This document shows positions 1 through 12,177 of a stretch of 64,000 nucleotides of DNA, one piece after another. The notes under the pieces are model-generated. The model had not been told where the DNA came from and did no database searches. It saw only the letters and a list, made by a program, of their open reading frames with translations. The translations under genes were made by a program, and so were the position numbers. Position 1 is the stretch's first letter, and every line of letters starts with the position of its first letter. Origin of the DNA: Cetorhinus maximus (taxonomy: Eukaryota); assembly GCF_964194155.1 (NCBI RefSeq), contig NC_135879.1, positions 96,224,001-96,288,000 on the forward strand. The letters are read 5' to 3'.

Positions 1-372
1 TAACAACATAAGAAGAAAAATGACTGAGGTCCTGCAGTCAGAGTTTCAAAAGCTAGGGAAGAAGTTAGATTATTCCTAATGCTATATGCAAGGGAGTTAT
101 GGATCCGTATGACAAGACAGGTTAATGCATTGCTGAAGAAATGGTACGAAAGGGAGAGCTTCAGATTCTTGGAGCAAGGTGACTAGTTCTAGGGCAGGGA
201 CGAACTGTGCAAGGTGGACAGATAGCAGCTCAATAGGGTGAGACCAATGTCTTTGCAGGAAAATTAATTAGTGCTGTACAGGAGGATTTAAACTAATTTG
301 CAAAGGCAAGTGGCCAAACGATGAAGCATTAGAGAAGAGAAACAAGGTGCACAGAGGACTGGGAGAAACAAA
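1..372 (+). mobile_element. Old CR1 LINE, ORF1 3' end and inter-ORF region (fragment 1 of an interrupted element)
   Basis: Degenerate CR1 ORF1 esterase-like C-terminus (...TNVFAGKLISAVQEDLN*, stop near 296). The element resumes at about 3209, after a younger CR1 insertion. Confidence 0.6.
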
Positions 373-3208
373 CGCAAATAGAGGTAAATAGGTATGATTT
401 GGTGGCAATTACTGAGACGTGGTTACAGGGAGAACAGGTTTTGGGAGTTGAATATCCAAGGATACTCAGTGTTTCAGAAGGATAGGCAGGAAGGAAAAGG
501 AGATGGTGAAGCTTGGTCAGTAAAGGAAGAGATCAGTGCTATAGTGCAGAATGATATAGGCACTGGAGAGCAAGGAGTAGAGTCAGTCTGGGTAGAAATA
601 AGAAATAGCAAGGAAAAGAAGCCCCTGATGGGAGTAATCTATAGGTCCCCAAACAGTAGTTCAGTAGTAGGGCACAGCATAAACCAGGAAATACTGGGAG
701 CATGTAAGAAAGGCACGGCAATAATCATGGGTGATTTTAATATGCATATAGACTGGACTAATCAAATTGGCAAAGGTAGCCTCGAGGGAGAGTTCATAGA
801 GTGTTTTAGAGATTGTTTCTTGGAGCAATATGTTGTGGAACCAACCAGGGAGCTGGCTATTCTGGATTTGGTTTTGTGAAATGAGGTGGGATTAATTAAT
901 GATCTCATAGTAAAGGATCCTCTAGGGAAGACTGATCACAGCATGCAAGAATTTCAAGTTCAGTTTGAGAGCGAGAAACTTGAGTCTCACACAAGTGTTC
1001 TGGAGTTAAACAAAGGTAACTACATAGGTATGAGGGCAGATTTGGCCCTAGGGACTGGGCAGGAAGACTACAAGTTAGGACAGTTGATGAACAGTGGCAG
1101 ATATTTAAGGAGATATTCAATTCCTCCCAAGTAAAATATATTCCAAAGAGGAAGAAAGATGGTAAGAGGGGGAAAAAGCATCCATGGCTAAGCAAGGAAG
1201 TTAAAGATAACATAAAGGCAAAAACTAAGGCATACCAAATTGCAAAGGTCAGTGGCAGGCTGGAAGATTGGGAAACTTTTAAAGATCAACAAAGGGTTAC
1301 TAAAAAAATAATAAAAGGAGAAAAGGTAAATTATGAATGAAAACTAGCGCAAAATGTAAAAACTGATAAAAATAAAGCTTCTACAAGTATATAAAAGAAA
1401 AGAGAGTAGCTAAAGTGAATGTTGGTCCCTTGGAGGATGAGACTGGGGAGTTAATAGTGGGGAACGCAGAAATGGCAGAGACGCTTAATCAATATATTGC
1501 CTCAGTTTTCACAGTGGAGGACATTAGTACCACCCCAATAGTAACAGGTAGTGCAGAGGGTATAGAGAAGGGGGAACTTAGAACAATCTCCATCACTAGA
1601 GAAAAAGTACTGAGCAAACTATTGGGATTCAAAGGTGACAAGTCCCCAGGGCCTGATGGCCTACATCCCAGGGTCTTACAGGAAGTGGCAGCAGAGATAG
1701 TGGATGCATTGGTTATAATATTCCAAAATTCCCTGGATTCTTGAAAGGTTCCAGTGGATTGGAAAAATGCTAATATAATGCCCTGATTCAAAAAGGGGGG
1801 AGGCAGGAAGTAGGAAACTATAGACCAGTTAGTTTAACGTCTGTCGTTGGGAAATTGTTGGGATCCATTATTAAGGAAGTAGTAATGGGGCATTTGGAAA
1901 ATCAAAATGCAATCCATCAGAGTCAGCATGGCTTTATGAAGAGTAAATCGTGTTTGACTAATTTGCTATTGCTCTTTGAAGACGTGGCAAGCAAAGTGGA
2001 TAATGGGGATCCTGTAGATGTAGTATATCTGGACTTCCAGAAGGCCTTTGATAAGGTGCCACACAAAAGATTAATACACAAGATAAGATCACACGGAGTT
2101 AGGGGGAAAATATTAGCTTTGATAGAGGATTGGCTAACCAACAGAAAGCAGAGAGTCGGGATAAATGGGTCTTTTTCTGGATGGCAAGCTGTAGTTAGTG
2201 GGGTGCCACAGGGTTCGGTCCTTGGGCCCCAACTATTTACAATCTATATTAATGACTTGGATTCAGGGATAGAAGGTACTATAGCTAAATTTGCAGATGA
2301 CACCAAAATAGGTGGGAAAGTAAGTTGCAATGAAGAAATAAGAAATTTACAAATGGATATGGACAGGTTAGGTCAATGGGCCAAAATTTGGCAGATGGAG
2401 TCTAACGTGGATAAGTGTGAGGTTATCCATTTTGGTCGGAAGAATTAAAAGGCGACTTATTATTTAAATGGAGAGAAACTTCAGAATGCTTCAGTGCAGA
2501 GGGATCCGGGTGTCTTCGTGCATGAATGGCTGAAAGCTAGTATGCAGGTACAGCAGGTAATAAGGAAAGCAAATGGAATTTTGGCATTTATTGCTAAAGG
2601 AATAGAGTATAAAAATAGGGAAGTGTTGTTCCAACTGTACAAGACATTGGTGAGACTGCACCTGGAGTACTGTGCACAGTTTTGATCCCCTTACTTGAGG
2701 AAGGATGTAGTTGCGTTGGAGGCGGTTCAGAGGAGGTTCACCAGATTGATTCCAGAGATGCGGGGCTTGTCTTATGAGGAGAGATTGAGCAGTTTAGGCC
2801 TATACTTGCTCGAGTTTAGAACAATGAGAGGAGATCTAATTGAGGTATATAAGATGCTAAAGAGGATAGACAAAGTAGATGTGGAGCAGGTGTTTCCCCT
2901 TGTGGGGAATTCTAGAATGAGAGGCCATAGTTTTAGGCTAAGGGGTGGTAGATTTAAATCAGAGATGAGGAGGAATTACTTTTCTCAATGGGTCGTGAAT
3001 CTGTGGAATTCACTACCTCAGAGATGCCGGGATGCTAAATAAATTTAAGGAGGAGATAGACAGATTTTTAATTAATAATGGGTTGAAAGGTTATGGGGAG
3101 AGGGTGGGAAATTGGAGTTGAGACTGAAATGAGATCAGCCACGATTGTATTGAATGGCGGGGCAGGCTCAAGGGGCTGAATTACTTACTCCTGCTCCTAG
3201 TTCTTATG
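373..3208 (+). mobile_element. Younger 5'-truncated CR1 LINE; ORF2 (APE endonuclease + RT) broken by stops and frameshifts
   Basis: Endonuclease motifs YDLVAITETWL, MGDFN, LDLVL and DH. RT motifs QHGF, YLDFQKAFDKVPH, GVPQGSVLGP and KFADDTK (ORF 1855-2448). C-terminal RGDLIEVYK...WNSLP, then the CR1 3' tail ending cctagttcttatg. Confidence 0.95.
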
Positions 3209-3961
3209 TAGACAACATTAGAATAAAGAATATTTCAAAGAGTAAGGATCAGACAGGAGGGAAGTGAAAGTCAGACTAAGATAGATTGAAATACAGATGC
3301 TTAAATGCACTGAGTGTGGTAAATAAAACTGCAGGCACAAGTTGTCATATAGGATTATGATTTAGTGGCAATAACAGAAACCTAGCTCAAGCAAGTGGCG
3401 GATTGTAAACTTATTGGGGGAGAAATTCATTCATGGCGTTACACAGCCTTACATCGATCCTCTGGGGGCAGGCAGTGCGTGGACTCTGCCTATATGGCCC
3501 GCCAGTGTTCTTCAATAATATCAATGAATAAAGCCGCGCAGGCTGTTATCTGCATACCCCATGATGCTGCCTGCCCCAGGAAAGCAAAATAAGTCTGTGA
3601 AGCACCACTTTGTGAATAAATTTCTCCCCCATTATTCCTGACTATAAAGTATTGAGGAAACAGAGGGAAAGCAAGAAAAAGAGGTGCCAATATTGATTAA
3701 AGATACTGGAATGGAATAGTGTACTTGAGGATTCAAAGGCAGAATTCATTTGTTTAGAATTAAGGAACAGCAGATGAGTTTTTACACATTGGGTTTATAC
3801 TATATGCCACCAAATAGTGAAAGAGATGCAGGAGCAAATTTGCAGTCAAATTACACTAAAATGCAAGATGTACAGAGTAATGATAATGAGGGACTTCAAT
3901 TTATCTTATTATAGACCAGGATAGTAACTTTTAAAGGGCAAAGAGGGGAGGAAGTACAGAA
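3209..3961 (+). mobile_element. Old CR1 LINE, ORF2 endonuclease (fragment 2), interrupted by a MITE
   Basis: Degenerate CLNA..VVNK, YDLVAITET*L, Y.PP and M.DFN motifs. The sequence reads through when 3416-3630 is removed. Confidence 0.75.
3416..3630. mobile_element. PIF/Harbinger-type MITE (215 bp)
   Basis: TIRs gggggagaaattcattca / tgaataaatttctccccc (1 mismatch). 3-bp TSD att at 3413-3415 and 3631-3633. Confidence 0.85.
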
Positions 3962-3987
3962 CTTGAGTATTGCTGAAAAAAGAGACA

Positions 3988-4021
3988 TGTCAAAGCTTTT
4001 CATCTTGCACCCATCCGGACA
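3988..4021 (-). ncRNA. Degenerate minimal hammerhead ribozyme (core mutated to CGGAUGG)
   Basis: Minus strand reads tgtc CGGATGG gtgcaagat GAA AAGCTT T gaca, homologous to 5749-5782. Confidence 0.55.
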
Positions 4022-4724
4022 CTTTACAAGAATACCAATATAAGGGGAAATCAATGACATACTGTATAAGAGAGTGCTGATTGGTTGGCAAGTGGTTGAG
4101 GCGTTGGCATGGAGAATGCACTAGTGATGGCGACTGACAGTTAACTGCCAAGCATTGTTTGAAATTTAAACTAGGCAGCTTGATACTGATTGGCCAAGGC
4201 ATTGCCCTGAGGAATGAGCCAGTGAACGGCTGTCACTTATTTTGTTTTGCTTAAAAAGGCGCAATGTGTGTACATGTTCTTTCTGTCTGTAAAGAACAAG
4301 GCCCTGTGCATTAATATACGTAGCTTCCAATACACGCAAGTGTGCCACACTACAAGCCCGACTGACAATTTTAAATTAGTTGTCAACGTAAATCTTAGCA
4401 CATTGAGGATTATTTAGCAAATGTTGTCCAATTACAGAATCACATCTCATGTTGGACACTGTGTTTTGAGTTTTGCAAGCACTAGCTGGTTGGGTATGGC
4501 CTGTACCTTGCCTGTTGTGAACAGCAGCTGGGACATGCTGTTTGATATGATCCGGCATTCTTTGGGACATACGGCCTACCCACCTAGCGTCACACTGGCA
4601 CTGAAATTCATACACTACATTACTCATTTGTGTGATAGGCAGAATGTCTTTTTGGCTTGACGGCAACATCCTGTTAGTGGCGAATACCACTCATGTTGCT
4701 ACTGCATAGCAGCAGTGTGAAATG

Positions 4725-4926
4725 TAGAAACATAGAAACTAGGAGCAGGAGTAGGCCATTCAGCCCTTCGAGCCTGCTCCGCCATTCACTATGATCATGG
4801 CTGATCCTCTACCTCAACACCATATTCCCGCTTTCTCTCCATACTCCTTGATGACCCTAAAATCCAAAACTTTATCAATTTATTCCTTGAATATACTCAG
4901 TGACCTGGCCTCCACAGCCTTCTGTG
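4725..4926 (-). mobile_element. CR1 3' fragment inserted in the Penelope element
   Basis: CR1 3' UTR (tagaaacatagaaa...gcccttcgagcctgctccgcc). TSD gtgaaatg at 4717-4724 and 4927-4934. Confidence 0.85.
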
Positions 4927-5748
4927 GTGAAATGGCTAGCTTCACCTGTTGCACAAATTTTTGAGCCATCTTGCCCTTCCAAGCTAATCTGAGGTAGACT
5001 GGGAACTTTTCAGGGCTGAAAGTGACAGCCTTAACTTGTTCATGATTTTGCAAGATATAAATGGTGAAATGATCTGATCACAGTAGCCATTATCCTGCAG
5101 GATGCCTTTGATGCGCTCTATTTCAGCATCAGGGTTGCATGGTGAGCAAATGGCTCGGGCCCTATTTACAAGGTTGCTGATAAGACCAATCTTTCATGCT
5201 GTATATCACAGATCGTATCAAACAGCACGTCCCAGCTGCTGTTTGCAACGGGCAAGGCACAGACCATACCCAACCAGCTCATGCTTGCAAAACTCAAAAC
5301 ACAGTGATCAACATGAGATGTGATTCCATGATTGGACAACATTTGCTAAATAATCCTCAGTGTGCTAAGATTTATGCTGAGAACCAATTTAAGATTGTCA
5401 GCCGGGCTCGCAATGTGGCACATGTGTGCGTAGTGGAAGCTACATATAATAAAAAGGGCCCTGTCCTTTGCAGACAGAAAGAACATGTACACACATTCAC
5501 CTATTTCAGCAAAAAAATAAGTGACAGCCATTCGCTGACTCATTCCTCAGGGCAATGCCTTGACCAATCAGGGGCAAGCTGCCTAATTTAAATTTCAAAC
5601 TATGCTTGGCAGTTAACTGTCAGTCACTATCACTAGTGCATTCTCCATGGCAATGCCTCTGCCAATCAGAGCCCACTTGCCAACCTATCAGCATTATCTT
5701 CTCATACAGTATAAATTGTTTTCCCTTTATATTGGTATTCTTGCAAAG

Positions 5749-5782
5749 TGTCCTGATGAGTGCAAGATGAAAGGCTTTGACG
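5749..5782 (+). ncRNA. Minimal type I hammerhead ribozyme in Penelope tail
   Basis: tgtc CTGATGA gt-gcaag-at GAA AGGCTT T gac: conserved core, short stem II, near-palindromic stem III, stem I gtc/gac. Confidence 0.7.
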
Positions 5783-5808
5783 TGTTTCTTTTTTCAGCAA
5801 TACACAAG

Positions 5809-6095
5809 AGAACTTTCTTGATCAATGTGGTTCCAGCCCAATGAGAAAGGAAGCAGCGCTGGATTTGTTTCTGACAAATGAAGTGGATCATGCTTCATTG
5901 CCAGAGCATTGGGAAACAGTGAACATAATATCATTCCTTTCAGAATGGTTATGGAAAAGGACCAGGAACAATCAAACATGAAAATACCAACTGGAGGAGA
6001 GCTAATTCCACTGAGTTGAAAAGAAGCCTGACTCAGGTGGAATGAAATCAAAAATCCTCAGGTAAAATAATAAATGAGAACTGGAGGCTTTCAGA
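5809..6095 (+). mobile_element. Old CR1 LINE (fragment 3, endonuclease end)
   Basis: ENFLDQ...P.RKEAALDL.L.NEVD...EH; continues fragment 2 across the Penelope insertion. Confidence 0.7.
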
Positions 6096-6285
6096 GTCCC
6101 ACTCAGTGCATGTAAGCACAAAAATCTAAGCTGTCACTCCACTCCAGTACAGTGCTGTACTGCTGGAGATGTCGCCTTTTAGATGAGATATTAAAACGAG
6201 GCTGTGTCTACTCTTTCAAGTGGATTTTAAAAGATTCCCATGATGCTAGTTTGAAGAAGAGCAGAGAAACTGGAGTTTTTGTCCT
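6096..6285 (+). mobile_element. Deu-domain SINE fragment (SacSINE1-like)
   Basis: ggagatgtcgccttttagatgagatattaaaacgagg...aaaagattcccatg...gaagaagagcag matches the DeuSINE central domain; homologous to 17290-17600. Confidence 0.7.
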
Positions 6286-6399
6286 TAAGGCAGAGAAGGT
6301 GTTGGGGATGGTGGTGTGTGTGTCAGCATCACCTCTGACTTCTGAGTGGTTCGAATCGCTCCCACTCCCTGGGTTCTAGACCTTGGACTTATTTGGGGG

Positions 6400-7400
6400 T
6401 TGTGACAAAGTGCAGCAGACAACTGGTTTTGGTGCAAGAAAAAAACTGAGTTTATTGAAGTCACAAATGAACTTATAACATTAGGATTACACTGATATTA
6501 TACAGACTTACAAAGTACACTTAGTTAAGAATGAGGAACACACGGCATAACGAGGGAAAATCACGCTACTAATCCCCTTACCCTTGTCCCACCCCCAAAA
6601 CCCAACTAAATTGAACTAGGAGAAGTCAGGGATCATGCTCACCAACCAGGGTTCCTTGACAGTTCGAAATCCAGCCAGGTAAGGCGGCTGCAGTTTTGGA
6701 GTACGCTCTTTGTGTCCTCTGGAGCTTGCCGTCCCCACGTGGTCCTGGTCTGTGGAATCTGCAAAGGTTCTTCAGTTGGGTGGAGGGCGCGGTTGTGGGT
6801 GGTCGATCTTCGTTGAGGGCTGCGGTTGCGGCCTTGTTGTCTTCGGTTGAGCCTGCCACCCCGTGCCCCTCGCCGTGATCTTGCTTGTGTGCATGCAAAC
6901 CTCCAGATCTCCTTCCTCCGCTTGGCTCAGCTCCCTGTTTAAACTCTGCAAAACCGCTCCCAACTGCTCACTGCCCTGAGTCAGCTTTCAAAACCGCTCA
7001 CCCTTCTGTGTCACTGCCCAAAAACTGCTCTCAAAACTCAGATCTGCTGTCCCAGTTATACTCTTTTTTTCGAATTTCTTATCTCAATCCAAATCAAGGT
7101 TAGTTCTTTGTTTGATTTTGGTGGGCTTCCCCATGTGATTGTTGTCTCGTTGTTTTTAATGGGCTCACATGATGTTTATCATTGTCTTCCTGCCCCCGTA
7201 GCTAGTCTTGAACTGAAAGCCAATGTATATGTGGAGTTCGCATAATTTGCATTGATTGTTCTCTTCCTGCCTTAGTAGTTAGTAGCAATTATTTATGCAA
7301 GATTTTGATGGGCTTTAGTTTCATGTTGATTGTTTTAAAGGGAAGAATGCATATTCTGTCTCCTCTCGTTGTCTGGTTTCAGGTAAAAGTCCAAAAGTCA
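6400..7400 (-). mobile_element. Possible LTR-like repeat (boundaries uncertain)
   Basis: Starts tgtgac, has a minus-strand polyA signal (tttatt near 6451), and its composition differs from the flanking CR1. No TSD found. Confidence 0.25.
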
Positions 7401-7439
7401 TATCCTTGTTGATGATAGGAAAAATGTGGGAATTTTGAA

Positions 7440-7822
7440 AACACTTCAAAGGTTAAGGGGAGATTAAATAGAGATATTCAGAATCATAAAGACATTTAAG
7501 AGTGGATAAGGAGAGTCTGTTTTCATTGACAGAGGATTGATAACCAGAGGAGACAGGTTTACAGTAACTGGCAAAAGAAAGAGAGGACAGGAGGAGAATA
7601 TTATTCTATGCAATGAGTTGTTATTGTCTGGAATTCACTACCTGAAGGGGTAGTGGAAGCAGATTCAATAATAATTTTCAAAAGCAAATTGGATAGATAT
7701 GTAAAGGGGGAGAATTTGCAGGACTATGGAAAAAGAGCAGGGTAATGAGACAAATGTTATAACTCTTTCACAGAGCCACCAGAGGCATTGTGGGATGAAT
7801 AGCTTCCTGCATTTTATGATTT
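7440..7822 (+). mobile_element. Old CR1 3' end (probably fragment 4)
   Basis: RLRGD*IEIFRI...TRG.R...WNSLPEGVVEA.S...FK..LD, followed by the 3' UTR. Confidence 0.8.
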
Positions 7823-8089
7823 CAAAACCTGCTGGTAAAGGTGAAAAATGCAGTCCAGTAAGAGACAACTGTGACTCTCAGTTTGTTCTTGTATTTTTGA
7901 TTAAAACATTCTGCCAATCTGCGTTCCCAGGAACTGTCATGCTACCAACAACATTAAAAGGTGTAGCATGTGACTAAACAATTATAGGAAAATAAAATTA
8001 ACAAAATATCTAAGCCTGTTAGAATTGCACATGATGGTCAGAAAAGAATCACTGACCTGAAACAATTTGTGAAAAGTATAATGAGAAGC

Positions 8090-8195
8090 AATGGTTTAAG
8101 GAGACTGACCACCATCTTCTCAAGAGCAATGAGAGATGGGCAATAAATGCTGACCTTATTAGTAATGCATACAGCCCAAGAATGAAAAAAAAAAG
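8090..8195 (+). mobile_element. 3' tail of LINE family B (CR1/L2 group)
   Basis: caccatcttctcaagagcaat...gggcaataaatgctg...A-tail; the same tail occurs at 22495, 38280, 42748, 51035 and 55270. Confidence 0.7.
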
Positions 8196-9747
8196 TAACC
8201 TCAAAAGAGGAAATGGGAAAAGCTAAGTTAACCCAAGGAGGAATTGCAAATATCTTCAAAATTGTTGTTGAAGTGGGAAGTCTGGAGTGACAGGTGTCTG
8301 GAAACAACATTACAGTTGCTCCATTCATGTAGTCTCCAAGTATGATCAAAATAGTTGCATTGTGCCTAAAGTTAACAAGCAAGAAGCCAAAAAATCCTCC
8401 CCCTCAAGTAGAAACATTTTTGATATGACTACTCTATCAAACCTCTACATCATTTAAAGGTCTCTGCTGGTGTCAATTTTCCTCTGCTTAGCTAGGCCTT
8501 CAGCTTCCAGCTCAAATCCATCAATTTCAGAAACATTGTCATTTCTGAGTGCTTGCAGGAGGCACAAAGAATCAAATGGTTTGATGTTTCTCTTGCCTCA
8601 CTGACTGTGAGCTATGGGCCCCTGACAGTAAATTGATGGATCAGATCAACAGAGACTCTCAAATTTACAAAATTATTTGGGGAGGTATCTACCCAGGAAC
8701 GGGAACATACAGTCTTTTCTTGAACATCTATTGGATCTACCCCGATGTGCCTCAAACTGGTGCACCAATGAACATGGAATCATGTCAGCCACAAGCTACA
8801 AGCGATTTAGTCACTTTCCAGTGCCAGAAGGCATATAGCATTATTGAAGCAGCAGCCCATAGACAATATCGGGAGCAATGTGCGATCTGGCAACAAGAAG
8901 ACCAACACTGACGGGGTCTGCTTGCCTAATATGCAGGCGGAATGAGAAGAATTTGTTGAGTAGGATGAGCCCTCTGACTACTTAGGTCAACAAACAGGTG
9001 CAAAACAACAAACCTCCACATTGCACACTGAAGGTAGACATACAGAGCTCAGTAGACACATCTGAAAACCTTTCTGTCCTGGGTAAAATGCTATGATCCC
9101 CATAAAGACCAATAACTGTTAAAAAGAGATTTGAATTCCCAGTGACCAACTTAAAGGAATTGCACAACAAGATTTCACGTTTTAAGACTTTTACTGTAAT
9201 AAACTAAAAGCAACATTGAGTAAACACTATTTCATAGAAACCTATTCTCTAAACTACAGAAAAGTTAACCCTTGCTAATGCTTTAGCGTGACTGCTAACT
9301 CCACACCTTGGTTATACGTTACACTGCACTCTCCATGGAATTACAGGCCTTTGAGGGAACAGTCCAGAGTCCTTCCCAGCTTCCAATGGGTTCACGTTTC
9401 CCATTTTGTCAATTAGTAACTTTAAGTGATCATCTAAAGGTGCTTCCCTCAGTTTTCAGACTATTTCCAAATCCATTACCAGCAGTAAAGCCTGCTCCAA
9501 TGATTCTTCTCCCCACCCACCTCCAACCACCGGCCACTCCAGGACAAATCTCCCGGATTCCTTAGATGGCTACAGATACATCTCTTTGACCAGAGACCAT
9601 CTTCCCTCCCGCGTTCTTCTTCCGTGGCTCTCAGAGAACTCGTAGCTTCTCTTTGCTGATCACACTGCAGTCCTTATCCTCTGTATCTCCTTTACCTTCT
9701 GTCCATTAGCTTTGCTGTTCTGAGATGGTCCTTCTATCTTGGACTCT

Positions 9748-9973
9748 AGGCATGGGACTTATTTAGTAGACAGACTCTAGACATACTCTGGTATCTGCTG
9801 AACATTTGTTTATTGGTACTACATCCAAACAGTTTACAGGGTAGGCATGTTGCTTCTAGGCATGATTCCAACCTCTCGAGAGAGAGTCGAACACATGCCT
9901 GACTGATGTCAGTGGTACATCATCATCTATGTCATACATTAGCATATTTTATCTGTTAACTCTTTATGTTACA
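9748..9973 (-). mobile_element. Possible short Gypsy solo LTR within a larger degenerate LTR-like tract (~8985-10219)
   Basis: About 225 bp ending tgttaca with an internal tttatt. The outer tract ends ttcatgaca, like the solo LTR at 22850-23774. Confidence 0.3.
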
Positions 9974-11227
9974 CTGGCGACTCAAGTCTATTCACTGTCT
10001 GCACAGCTGCCTTTGTTTCCAGGTGTGAGAACTGCACACCTTGCTCAGGAAGTTTCCTGGCATGGGCCCCTCTTGTCCCCATAGCAACCAGGCCAGCCAG
10101 GCTTGTTGTCAGGCAGATTTTGGAGCAGGTCACATGACACCCTTCACTACACCATTTTACCTTAAATTAAACAGACAATTTAAAACATAGCAATTTTATA
10201 AAACCTTGCCTTCATGACAAAAGGTAGGAAGCATTTGCTTTTCCTGTGCTTTAAAAGTTATCAAAACAGATTACCATCCTCTGTGTCCAAGGGAAGATGT
10301 TCCCAAAGCCTAGCAGCCAGACTTCTGTCAACAGCAAAATAAGAAAAGCACTTACTAATGTTTTCTTATAAATGCATGTATTGTGTACACAGTGATGTGG
10401 GGCTATGCTGAACATTTGCTGTTTACCTTTGACAATATTTCTGCACATGACATGTTTTTGAAACACAACTTGGTGCAACAAATTGCAGAGTGATGTATTA
10501 TCTATGCCAGTAAAGAAGCCTTTCAGCCTGCCATGGGCATAACTGCAGCAATATGTACATAACTTTAGTGTATCATGTCTCTACAGTGTTGCAATATTTT
10601 TATTTAGCTGTAATTTTTTTTTAGTTTCCTGAAAAATCCATTTTTCTCACTCACACCTTCAGTGGCTTCTGTCTCTATCTTCCAACCCATTCCATCAAAT
10701 TCAGTTTGCATGCTGGTTCAGAGTGGTGGATGCTCACTCTCCTTTCTGGGTGGAACTACAGGAACATTCAGACTGATCTGCCATTCTTTTCTGCAAGAAG
10801 ACTCAGCAACATCAGGCCAGATTTCACGGTCAGTGGTGCATCGAATCAGTCAACACACCCACATAACATGACCCCCCATGGCAGCAATTTCAGAATGAAG
10901 GAGAGTTGGTCCCCTGCTAGTGTGGATTGCAGTGAGGCGTGGGAGTGATGTGTAGCGCAGGCAGAAACAGCAGGCAATTTTGGTCATAGCTTCCACTGAC
11001 TGCACCACAACAACTGTACAAAACAAGGCTGCTTCAGGGGAAAGGCATTGGAAAAGCTGATTTATTGATACAGTTTACAAAATTAAAAATATAAATGTAT
11101 TTTTGAAAAGTGCAATAATTTTTATCTGAACCATTTTCATGCATAATTTTGAGGAAATAAAATCATTTTAAAAAGTGATAAATATTGAAACATTTAAAAA
11201 GTCTGATAAATCATGATAATAAGTTTT

Positions 11228-12177
11228 AGAGCTTGATTTATAGTTCCCACCAGACTGGGACTGGAGACAGATGAGTGCTAAAAATAGCCCCGTCGGCCAC
11301 ATGCAGTTCTCTGACTCAATCCCACACCCAGACCATTAATGCAGAAATTGGATGAGGAAGTAACTCTTTCGAGTTATCAACAGTCACAGATTGTAACTCT
11401 TTCGAGTACATTCACAGTTCTTGGTTTCCGGGAGTGGAACATGAACCCACAACCTTCTGACTCAAAGGCAAGGGTGCTATGAACTGAGCCACAGCTAACA
11501 CCTCAAGGATACTCTTTCGAGTTATCAACAGTCACAGATTGCAACTCTTTTGAGTACAATCACAGTTCTTGGTTTCCGGGAGTGGGACATGAACCCACAA
11601 CCCTCTGATTCAAAGGCAAGGGTGCTATGAACTGAGCCACAGCTGACACATCAACACCTCAAGGATGAGGAAGTAGATGACCCAACTTATTAACAGCCAC
11701 TTAAGGAAAATTAGAGGAGACCGACTGGGCTTTTCCAATTAGCCCCCAGGTTCCTGCAGGCAGAAGGTATCAGTTCACCTGCTTGGAGGCAGCCTCATGG
11801 CAGCAGAACAAAGGGGGCCAGTGCTCCAGACAGGCCCTAGAGGTGCACCTTACTTGTCTAAAGTGCTGCAGCATTCGCAGGCTGCCATGTGGAAGGATTC
11901 TCCCCTGCCCCGCACAGCCATGGCCTGGCTGCAAAACCAATTTTTTAATTTAAACTTTGAAAAAGTTGGTGGGAGGGCACCTCCATTTTCCTTACTTATC
12001 TTCCGTTACGGCTTGCTGCTTCTTTAAGACCTCTGATTGGCCCTTAATTGGATGGTGAGCCCGCTTTCTGGTCATTAATTGGCCACCCTGAAAGGATGTT
12101 CCCCAGACAGGATGGGCTTCTGACCCACATTTCAGCCTGACCATGAGGTTCAGAAGCCCACAGGGAAAATCTTCTCC
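11228..12177. mobile_element. Degenerate Harbinger-type MITE carrying a nested insertion
   Basis: Ends gagcttgattt... / ...gggaaaatcttctcc, with tta/ata flanks; internal ttaattgg motifs shared with the other MITEs. Confidence 0.45.
11363..11662 (-). repeat. Tandem dimer (~148-bp units) of a tRNA-derived SINE head plus hairpin tail
   Basis: Units at 11363-11510 and 11511-~11666. Each has A-box tggctcagtt and B-box gggttcatgt on the minus strand. Flanked by direct repeat ggatgaggaagta (11350-11362, 11663-11675). Confidence 0.8.

Larger units (their letters stand above)
3962..5808. mobile_element. Penelope-like element (Poseidon-type) with inverted, tail-out structure
   Basis: Minus copy 3962-~5197 has a GIY-YIG motif (SNVVYEFQCQCDARWVGRMSQR...KQH). 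Plus copy ~5209-5808 is its inverted duplicate (about 600 bp). Both tails carry a hammerhead motif. Confidence 0.9.

Noticed and set aside
10251-10948. Short ORFs in apparently unique sequence (also 8633-8911, 25047-25247, 56567-56824)
   Set aside because: No recognisable motifs or convincing paired splice sites; lengths are within chance expectation.
11420-11650. Functional tRNA genes (also at 16505, 54985 and 61520)
   Set aside because: Only A/B-box remnants are present, no convincing cloverleaf, and they continue into SINE bodies.
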